From a virus (lineage: Duplodnaviria > Caudoviricetes), in the IMG/VR virus record IMGVR_UViG_2765235997_000001, positions 1 to 64,000 of that record: a DNA stretch of 64,000 bases; one strand, given 5' to 3'. Positions within the stretch are counted from its first letter, which is position 1; every line of letters starts with the position of its first letter. Below the pieces are notes generated by a model, which was given only the letters and a program-made list of their open reading frames with translations, did not search any database and was not told the DNA's origin. This document shows positions 57,138 to 64,000 of the stretch, in pieces. Both the position numbers and the translations under genes were made by a program.

Positions 57138-57440
57138 TCAGGCCGCAGCCAAGGTGGACAGGCCGTCCAGCTCATCGAGCTCGTCCAGCAGGCGGGGCCC
57201 GAACGGCTGCCCGGCGTCGTGCTCAGCCGCCAGACCACGCAGCCAGTGCCGGGTGCTGTGGTCACCACGGGCCGCGACGTACCGGGTGACGATCTCCCCC
57301 GGCGACAGGCCCTCCGCCTCCTCCCACGTCACCTGGACGTCGGAGGTGAGGAGCGCGGCCCGCAGGTTGTGGATCTCGGCGGACACGGTGGCGAGGTCGC
57401 CGGAGAACAGGTCGGTGACGGTCGAGACGTAAGGAGACAT
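57138..57440 (-). CDS. hypothetical protein
   Basis: ATG 57440 within ORF 57138..57623. Confidence 0.5.
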   Translation of the reverse strand: MSPYVSTVTDLFSGDLATVSAEIHNLRAALLTSDVQVTWEEAEGLSPGEIVTRYVAARGDHSTRHWLRGLAAEHDAGQPFGPRLLDELDELDGLSTLAAA

Positions 57441-57680
57441 GGGGGTGCCTATCTGTGAGGTGATGGGGTGAAGAAGAGGTGAGGTGGAGAGCCGCGCCCG
57501 GCCGGCCGAGGGATGTCGCCGACGGGGCGCGGCGGACTGTGGGGTGCTACCGGCGGCGGGCTTCCTGCCGGGCCATCGCGGCCCGAACATCAGCACCAGC
57601 CTGATAATCGCGGCGGCAAGCATCCGGGGTAGCGGGCTCCGCGACGATCGTGTTCTCGCGCGGCTGCTCGGCCGTAGCCA

Positions 57681-57848
57681 TCAGAGACGCCGCTGGGCGA
57701 TCAGCCGGCGACGGGCCGGGGTGTCGGCGGGGAGGGTGACCGACTCCTGGGAGACCACGGCCGGGCGGCGGCGGTACGACGCTTTCTCGTGGGCCTCCCG
57801 GTCCGCCTCCGACATCGGGGCAGCCGGCGGAGTGATCGGCGGGGTCAT
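57681..57848 (-). CDS. small hypothetical protein
   Basis: Start overlaps the excisionase-like gene stop. Confidence 0.45.
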   Translation of the reverse strand: MTPPITPPAAPMSEADREAHEKASYRRRPAVVSQESVTLPADTPARRRLIAQRRL

Positions 57849-58060
57849 GCCGCCACCTCGCTCGGGGAGGTCGGGTTGCTCAGGCGGTCCGTCACGGCCG
57901 ACTCGGGGATCCGAATCGAACCGCCGCCGCCCTCGATGGCGACTCCGGGCTCTATCGGCTTCCCGTACCTGACGGCGGGAAGGTGGCCGTCGGCAATCCA
58001 CCGGTAGACGGTCGCGGGATGAACTCTCAGGCGGTCGGCGACCTCCTTCACACGCAGCAT
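57845..58060 (-). CDS. excisionase-like HTH_17 protein
   Basis: LRVKEVADRLRVHPATVYRWI..G.LPA. Confidence 0.85.
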   Translation of the reverse strand: MLRVKEVADRLRVHPATVYRWIADGHLPAVRYGKPIEPGVAIEGGGGSIRIPESAVTDRLSNPTSPSEVAA

Positions 58061-58222
58061 CAGGTGCTCCCATCGTTGGCTTGATGCGATGTCGCAACCA
58101 TACAGCTTTATAGCTTAAGGCGGCAAGGTTGCGGGTCCGTGCGTGTCCAATGCGGCACCCGCCGCTCTATGCATCAAGGCTTTAAGGTGGAGGTCAGAGG
58201 CTTGCCAGCAAGGAAGGGACCA

Positions 58223-58753
58223 ATGAAAAAAAACTGGAGCAGCACCTCACTGCCCTACGTGCTGCCCAAGTCAGCCGGCCAGGCAGACACGTGGTCGGAC
58301 GACACCTCAGGGCAGCAGACATCGCAGCACCTAATAGAGGTTGCCGAGGTCGCCCCACCAGCGCGGATCGCTAGCGCCCTCAGCCTTCAGCAGGGCGAGC
58401 GAGCCGTGGTCCGGAGGCGCCTCATGAAGCGAGGCAACCGCCCGGTCGAACTCACGGACTCGTATTACCCGCTCGCCATCGCCGCCGGAACGGCCCTTGC
58501 CGACAAGCGGAAGATCAAAGGCGGGGCGCCAACGCTGCTCGCGGAACTCGGGTACCGACCTCGACACGTAGTCGAAGAGGTTGAGAGCAGGGAGCCGAGC
58601 GCCAGCGAAATCTCATCCTTGCAACTGGAGCCTGGCGAGCCCGTCCTCATCCTGTGCCGTCTCACAACATCCCAGGACGGCAACCCCATGGAGGCGAGCC
58701 TCATGACCATGCGACGAGGAGCCATCCTCCGGTACGAAATCGAGGTGGCCTGA
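58223..58753 (+). CDS. UTRA-domain-only protein
   Basis: Paralogous to the UTRA domain of the next gene; no HTH. Confidence 0.8.
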   Translation: MKKNWSSTSLPYVLPKSAGQADTWSDDTSGQQTSQHLIEVAEVAPPARIASALSLQQGERAVVRRRLMKRGNRPVELTDSYYPLAIAAGTALADKRKIKGGAPTLLAELGYRPRHVVEEVESREPSASEISSLQLEPGEPVLILCRLTTSQDGNPMEASLMTMRRGAILRYEIEVA

Positions 58754-58754
58754 C

Positions 58755-59516
58755 ATGGCCGAACGCAAGGACACGAGGCCGGTCGGCGAGCGAGTCGCCG
58801 CGAACATCCGAGCCCTTGTCATGTCTGGCGAATGGGAGCCAGGCTTCAAGATCCCCAGCACCGACGAGCTGAGGACTGAACACAAGACCTCCAACGTAAC
58901 CATCCAGCGAGCCCTGGGGCTCCTCAAGACGGAAGGCCTGCTGGAGGGCAAACCCGGCAAGGGCGTCTTCGTGCGGGAAGTCGCTCCTCAGGCCATCGCC
59001 CCAGCCTCGTTCATGGCGCCTTCGGAGTCGGGCCAGCCATATCGCTGGATCTCGGAGGCGGCGAAGCACGGACGGCGGGCCAGTAACCGAATCCTCGATG
59101 TGACGGAGACTGTTCCACCAAGGCGAGTGCGCGAAATCCTCGGACTACCTGCGGGGGGCTTGGCCGTGCTGCGATCCCGCGTCGGTCTCCTTGACGACGA
59201 GCCTGCGGAACTGGTCGATTCCTACTACCCCATCGAGCTGGCCCGCGGCACGCGCCTGGCAGACCGGCGCAAAATCCCCGGCGGCTCCCCCACCCTTCTC
59301 GCGGAGATGGGGTATCCACCGAGGGAGCAGGAAGACGAGGTGGCCGCCCGGCCGGCAACCAGCCGAGAGTTCATCCACTTGGAGCTCCCTGCCGACATCG
59401 CCGTCATCGAGGTGTTCCGCGTGGTCTACAGCGACGACCGAAGGCCGATCGAGGTCACAACCCTCGCGAAGCCGTCGCACCTCTTCAAGATGGGCTACCA
59501 CCTGCCCGTCCAGTGA
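58755..59516 (+). CDS. GntR/HutC-family regulator (Kor/TraR-like)
   Basis: PGFKIPS..EL..T.QRAL..L...G.GVFV plus UTRA; divergent from the transfer operon. Confidence 0.9.
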   Translation: MAERKDTRPVGERVAANIRALVMSGEWEPGFKIPSTDELRTEHKTSNVTIQRALGLLKTEGLLEGKPGKGVFVREVAPQAIAPASFMAPSESGQPYRWISEAAKHGRRASNRILDVTETVPPRRVREILGLPAGGLAVLRSRVGLLDDEPAELVDSYYPIELARGTRLADRRKIPGGSPTLLAEMGYPPREQEDEVAARPATSREFIHLELPADIAVIEVFRVVYSDDRRPIEVTTLAKPSHLFKMGYHLPVQ

Positions 59517-59524
59517 GTCCCACC

Positions 59525-59554
59525 AAGCCCTCCGGCGCGGATTCCGGAGGGCTT
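59525..59554 (+). terminator. intrinsic terminator
   Basis: AAGCCCTCCGG...CCGGAGGGCTT, followed by T. Confidence 0.65.
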
Positions 59555-59664
59555 TGGCGTGCGCCGACACAGCGACACCTTGATACAGATGCGAATAAGG
59601 TCTACCGTCAGTGCAAGACCCCTCTACGGAGCGATGCCGGGCATCCGTATGTCGAGAGGACAAC

Positions 59665-60198
59665 ATGACGGACGAGACCACCAGCGAGCGCACCGCGCTC
59701 TACCGCCTGTTCGACGCCGACCAGCAGTTGCTCTACGTCGGGATCACGAAAGACCCAAAGAAGCGTTGGCGCACTCACGCGCAGTGGGCACGCTCCAGTT
59801 GGTGGCCTTCCGTCACCCGGAAGGTCGTCGAGTGGTTCCCGGACCGCGAGGCGGCAGACCTTGCGGAAACCGCAGCCATCAACTCGGAGAAGCCCCTGCA
59901 TAACCTGGCCAAACGCGAGAGGCCGGGCGGGCCAGCCCCCTACTTCTGCCCGGAGATCGACTGGGGGTGGCAGGAGAAGCGGAGCATCACCGAACAGGTA
60001 GCCGACATCCTGCGGCGAGAGATCCAGGAAGGGCGTTACGCCGTCGGTGACCCGATGCCTACGCGCCTTGATCTGAAGGAGCGTTTTGGCATGGCGCCCG
60101 CCACTGCGCAGAAGTCCCTCAGCATCCTCGCCAAGGAAGGGCTGACCCACCAGCCCGGCCCGAAGCGGCGCTTCATCTGCGGCCCTCCGTCCTCCTGA
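59665..60198 (+). CDS. GIY-YIG-like domain fused to GntR HTH
   Basis: ALYR...LYVGIT..P..RW..H...E..AI..E.P.HN; C-terminal GDPMPT..L...FG. Confidence 0.75.
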   Translation: MTDETTSERTALYRLFDADQQLLYVGITKDPKKRWRTHAQWARSSWWPSVTRKVVEWFPDREAADLAETAAINSEKPLHNLAKRERPGGPAPYFCPEIDWGWQEKRSITEQVADILRREIQEGRYAVGDPMPTRLDLKERFGMAPATAQKSLSILAKEGLTHQPGPKRRFICGPPSS

Positions 60199-60337
60199 AG
60201 GCCCTGACAGCAGCCAGCGGCGACCGCCATTGGATCGGCTGCGGGCATGAAAAAGCCGGGCGCTGTAACGCCCGGCCTGTTTCACCAGCGGTACCACCCG
60301 CTGGTCAGTGAGTTCCACTCTCATCAAGGAGTCCTCG

Positions 60338-60736
60338 ATGGACATCGTACAGACTTCCCCTGCCCTCGTCTCCCCGGTCTTGTCGGCCCCGGTTCCTCCG
60401 CAGCCGCCGGCCCCGGCCGCCCCGACCGCGCATCCGACGTCGTGCCCGTCGTGGTGCAAGGACCGGAACTATCCGGCGGGTCACAACTCGTCGCCGCGTG
60501 ACACCGCCCACCGGTCGCGTGCTCTGGAGCTGAAGCTGTCGGGTGAGACGGCGACGGTGACGTTGGTCCGTGCGGAGTTGTTCCGCCTGGACGAGCTGGA
60601 CGACGTCGGCGAGACGGTGTTGTACGTGCAGGGGGAGGACGAGCAGGGCTCGTCGGGTCCTGAGGTGGAGATGTTCGTGGCGAACCTGATCGCGTTCACG
60701 GAGAACGTGCGGATCCTGCGCGGACAGATGGGCTGA
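60338..60736 (+). CDS. DUF6907-like protein
   Basis: CPSWC...H motif; AAGGAG RBS. Confidence 0.6.
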   Translation: MDIVQTSPALVSPVLSAPVPPQPPAPAAPTAHPTSCPSWCKDRNYPAGHNSSPRDTAHRSRALELKLSGETATVTLVRAELFRLDELDDVGETVLYVQGEDEQGSSGPEVEMFVANLIAFTENVRILRGQMG

Positions 60737-60871
60737 TCAGCCCCTGCGGTTTCTCACGGCCGGGCAGCTGGTGCTGCCCGGCCGTTTCCAGATCGGCGGG
60801 CGGGTCCCGCGTTCCCTCAGGAGTGCTGTGTTTGTGCTGCTCGGCGTTGGTCGTTGCGGTGGAGGTTGTGG

Positions 60872-62095
60872 ATGAGTAGCGAGTTGCGCCGTCAGTTGCG
60901 TGAGGCGTTGGGGCCGGAGATCAAGGGGTTGCAGCGGGCTGTGGCGTTGGAGATCGCCGACGACGCCCGGTACGACGACGGGTGGCGGTTCGATGCGGCC
61001 CGGGGCCGGCGCAGCAAGGTGCGCTTGGCGGACCTGGTGCGGTGGACGGGGGCGAAGAACGAGCGGGTGGTCCGGGATGCGCTGCGGAGCTTGTCGCTGG
61101 CCGGCTGGGAGTTCCGGCTGCCGATCGGTGTGGGTACGGATGGGCGCCCGATGTATGCGATTCCTGGGGTGGCGATGCAGTACCGGGTGCCGGACTTCAG
61201 GGCGCCGGTCGCCGTCACCCCGGAAGGGACAGCCACCACTGGCCCTTCGGTTGAGCAAGGGACAGTCACGGCTGGCCCTATGGATCCGGAAGGGCCAGTG
61301 GTGGCTGCACAAGGGCCAGTCACCACTGCGCAAGAGCCAGCCGTGACTGCAGAAGGGCCAGTGGTGACTGGCCCCCCTTCTCCTGTTCTTCTCCTTGCTT
61401 CTCCTCAAGACTCTCCCTCCTCCTCCGGGCCGTTGCCGTCTGCGGGTGATGAGCCGGCCGCCGAGGGAGGAGGCGGTGGCGATTTCCTTCATCAAAACGA
61501 GGACCGAGGTGCCGCCACCGGTACGCCGGAACTCCACCCGCAGGCCGAGCCGTTGGTCGCCGCCCTGGACTTCCGTGGCCGCCCGCCGGGGTCGAAGCAA
61601 CGTCGGCGGTTGGTCGCTTCGGTCGCTGCCGCTTTGGACGCCGGCTGGGTGGAGCAGGACTTGAAGACGTACCTCGACCTCGGGGGCGCGGCGGTGAACT
61701 CGGCTGCGGCCGTGTACGCGCACCGGCTGGCCGCGGATGAGCTCCCGGACCCGGCAACCTTCCGGGAGGCTGCGAGACGACCCCTGGAGGGCACGGACGC
61801 GGTTGTAGACGGGTGGATGACCCTGTCCCGGCAGCTGGGTGACGAGCGGGAGCATGCCCCGGCCGGGAACCGGGCGTCAGGGCGCCGCGGGTACAGCGGG
61901 CCAGCACGCCCCAACACTGTCTGGGATCGCATCGCAGCGGACGCCGCGAACGGCGTGTCACCCCCGGGCGCCGAGAAGTACAAGCACTGCGGCACCTGCG
62001 ACCCGGTCACCCGGATGCGTAAAGGGGATGACTGGACCGGGCAGGGGAAGCACAGCCCATGCGGCCGTTGCCACCCGTCAATGCAGTTCAGCTAG
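60872..62095 (+). CDS. putative replication initiator protein
   Basis: N-terminal wHTH-like region (ALEIADDA), internal iteron repeats, C-terminal HCGTCD...CGRCHP. Confidence 0.7.
   Translation: MSSELRRQLREALGPEIKGLQRAVALEIADDARYDDGWRFDAARGRRSKVRLADLVRWTGAKNERVVRDALRSLSLAGWEFRLPIGVGTDGRPMYAIPGVAMQYRVPDFRAPVAVTPEGTATTGPSVEQGTVTAGPMDPEGPVVAAQGPVTTAQEPAVTAEGPVVTGPPSPVLLLASPQDSPSSSGPLPSAGDEPAAEGGGGGDFLHQNEDRGAATGTPELHPQAEPLVAALDFRGRPPGSKQRRRLVASVAAALDAGWVEQDLKTYLDLGGAAVNSAAAVYAHRLAADELPDPATFREAARRPLEGTDAVVDGWMTLSRQLGDEREHAPAGNRASGRRGYSGPARPNTVWDRIAADAANGVSPPGAEKYKHCGTCDPVTRMRKGDDWTGQGKHSPCGRCHPSMQFS
61224..61375. repeat. iteron-like repeats (candidate origin) inside the rep gene
   Basis: AAG(G/A)G(A/C)CAG at 61224, 61257, 61290, 61311, 61332, 61353 (33- then 21-bp spacing). 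Confidence 0.7.
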
Positions 62096-62173
62096 CAAAA
62101 CAGTCAGAACTCGGGACGCGGGCACCTATTCCGGGACAACATCAGATCCACACTCGCCCTTCGAGAGGACAGC

Positions 62174-62827
62174 ATGACCATCAAACCCATAGAAACCCGG
62201 TATGCCAGCCACCGGTTCCGTTCCCGCCTCGAAGCCCGCTGGGCCGTCTTCTTCGACACTCTCGGCCTCCGTTGGGAGTACGAACCACAGGGGTACCTCG
62301 TCGGCCCGGAACGTAAGCCCTACCTTCCCGACTTCTGGCTCCCCAAGGAGCGGCTGTGGGTCGAGGTCAAGGGGTCCGAGGAGCACTTGGACGTCGAACT
62401 GCTCGTCCACGCGGCCTCACTCGACACCGGCCTGCCTCGGACCACCGAGCCGCACGTCGTCAGCGAGCACGAAGCCCGCCTGCTGGTCCTCGGGCCGCAT
62501 GGGCGCGGCGTCCACGGGCTCATCGACAAGGCCAGCAAGGAGCACGTGGGGTACGTGCTGCCCATCCACACGGCCCTGACCATCCGCAAGGGCGACGTGT
62601 TCCAGAGCCACGCCTGGTTCTCGCAGAACGGCGTGACGGTCGACCCCACCGAGGATCGAATCGCCGACGACTCCGTGGATATCGACTGGGAGGGGCGCGG
62701 TCACCGCTGGGGCAACCTCGTTGGCGGCGGCGGCATGATCTCCGAAGACAAGTACGACGAGACAGTCGTCAACGCGTACCAGAGCGCCATTTCAGCCCGC
62801 TTCGAGCACGGTCAGAGCGGAGCCTGA
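62174..62827 (+). CDS. PD-(D/E)XK nuclease-like phage protein
   Basis: FRSRLEARWA..F, YEP, YLPDF, WVEVKG. Confidence 0.8.
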   Translation: MTIKPIETRYASHRFRSRLEARWAVFFDTLGLRWEYEPQGYLVGPERKPYLPDFWLPKERLWVEVKGSEEHLDVELLVHAASLDTGLPRTTEPHVVSEHEARLLVLGPHGRGVHGLIDKASKEHVGYVLPIHTALTIRKGDVFQSHAWFSQNGVTVDPTEDRIADDSVDIDWEGRGHRWGNLVGGGGMISEDKYDETVVNAYQSAISARFEHGQSGA

Positions 62828-63050
62828 CCTGCACGCCAGGCCGCCCCCGCAGGATTCGGGGGCGGCCTTCTTCAGCTAACCACGGGGCCCAAGTGCCGAC
62901 GAGGCAGTAACGCCCCGTGTTGCCCTGGCGCGGAGGCGACGACGACGGACTGCGGCGGGGCGGGTCAGCGGCGAGGTGTGCCGAGATGCAGGGTCTGCGG
63001 TCTGGGGTGAGCCTGGAAGGAGACCCCCTGCTTCCACCGCTTGGAGAGCC

Positions 63051-63296
63051 ATGATCGTCAAAATGCTGCATGACAAGGGCCTCAAGGCCGAGCACGCGTA
63101 CACGGCCGGCTTCGTGTCGATCGGGTTGTCGATCGCGTCGTGGTGCGGGTCGATGAAGCTTGAGCCGGCGGGCACTGCGCGCGCTGACCGGTGGGGGATC
63201 TTCGTCGGGGAGTGGGCGCCGACGTTCTTCGGCCTTGGTCTGGCGTTGGCGCACTACGAGCATGATGAGGACACGCTGCACTCGGTGACGCACTGA
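63051..63296 (+). CDS. small membrane protein
   Basis: Two hydrophobic segments; ADRWGIFVGEWAPT. Confidence 0.7.
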   Translation: MIVKMLHDKGLKAEHAYTAGFVSIGLSIASWCGSMKLEPAGTARADRWGIFVGEWAPTFFGLGLALAHYEHDEDTLHSVTH

Positions 63297-63382
63297 CGGC
63301 GCCGTTGGCCGCTGACGAGACCCCCGCCCAGTCGGGCAGGGGCCTCGTTGCGCTCGGGCGGTGATGCCGTTTCGAGGCGCCC

Positions 63383-63631
63383 TTACCCTTCGGCGTCGCG
63401 CCATGCGGTGGGGAATCCGGGGGTGTGGGCGTAGAGGGTGGCGATAGGCGTGAGGATGCCGCCGAGGATGCCTTCCCGGTACTTCGCGATGATGGGGTCG
63501 TCTTCGGGGTGGCCCATGTCGAGGAGTTGGGTGCAGGTGGTGATGGCTGCGCGGTGGGCTGCGGCTTGTGGGGTGGTGTCGTCGGCGAGGACGGTGTCTA
63601 GGTGCTGGGCCAGTTCGGCGTAGGGGGTCAT
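63383..63631 (-). CDS. small protein with DUF6221-like C-terminus
   Basis: AGGAG RBS; ends IATLYAHTPGFPTAWR. Confidence 0.55.
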   Translation of the reverse strand: MTPYAELAQHLDTVLADDTTPQAAAHRAAITTCTQLLDMGHPEDDPIIAKYREGILGGILTPIATLYAHTPGFPTAWRDAEG

Positions 63632-63813
63632 GGGGGCTCCTGGTGGATGTTGGCTGGTGGGGAGCGTTGCAGGCTGGTCGTCGCAAGCTGGGTAATCGTG
63701 GCCCCCGTCACCCTTCCGGGTGAATCTTAGGAACCCCCTTGCTTTTAATCTTAGGGGGGTGCTAACTTTGAGTTGTCGCCGGGGGAAGCCCCGAACAACC
63801 CGAGGAGATCAGC

Positions 63814-64000
63814 ATGCTGCGAGTCGTCCGCTCCACCGTTCAGGGCCTCAACATCGACGCCGACCTTGAAGACGACTACGCAGCCGCCGCCGAGGCTGGA
63901 GAGCTCCTCCACGAGACGTACACCAGCGACAAGAACCTCACCATCGAGGTCCGCGCCTACACCGACCCCGCCGGCCAGAACCGGTTCGCCGTCCTCTACA
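63814..64000 (+). CDS. hypothetical protein (truncated by window end)
   Basis: GAGGAG RBS, ATG 63814, open to the end. Confidence 0.55.
   Translation, partial: MLRVVRSTVQGLNIDADLEDDYAAAAEAGELLHETYTSDKNLTIEVRAYTDPAGQNRFAVLY

Noticed and set aside
58080-58222. Specific Kor operator (GCTTTATAGCTTAAGG / GGCTTTAAGG)
   Set aside because: Plausible, but too degenerate to define confidently by eye

Overview
High-GC actinobacterial (Streptomyces-type) DNA that appears to be one mobile element, with no host housekeeping genes and no integrase in the window. It carries a complete siphovirus morphogenesis and lysis module on the minus strand (terminase, portal, capsid, tail, tape measure, endolysin/holin; ~10-32 kb) and a late/accessory region with an HNH nuclease and a glycan-modification locus (32-41 kb). 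Further right are early small-gene arrays (41-49 kb), a Streptomyces TraB-type conjugative transfer/spread module with clt repeats and GntR (Kor) regulators (49-59.5 kb), and an iteron-containing replication gene (~61 kb). The left end (1-10 kb) holds DNA-damage-inducible genes, an ATP-dependent ligase, a serine resolvase and surface-protein morons. The best interpretation is a conjugative prophage or phage-plasmid. The most striking feature is a candidate virion glycosylation system. A GT4 glycosyltransferase is translationally coupled to the major capsid gene, the capsid and tail-tube proteins both end in Gly-Ser, and a Thr-rich collagen-like gene is followed by GT2, methyltransferase and NDP-sugar epimerase genes. 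All family calls come from motif recognition and gene order; no database searches were run.
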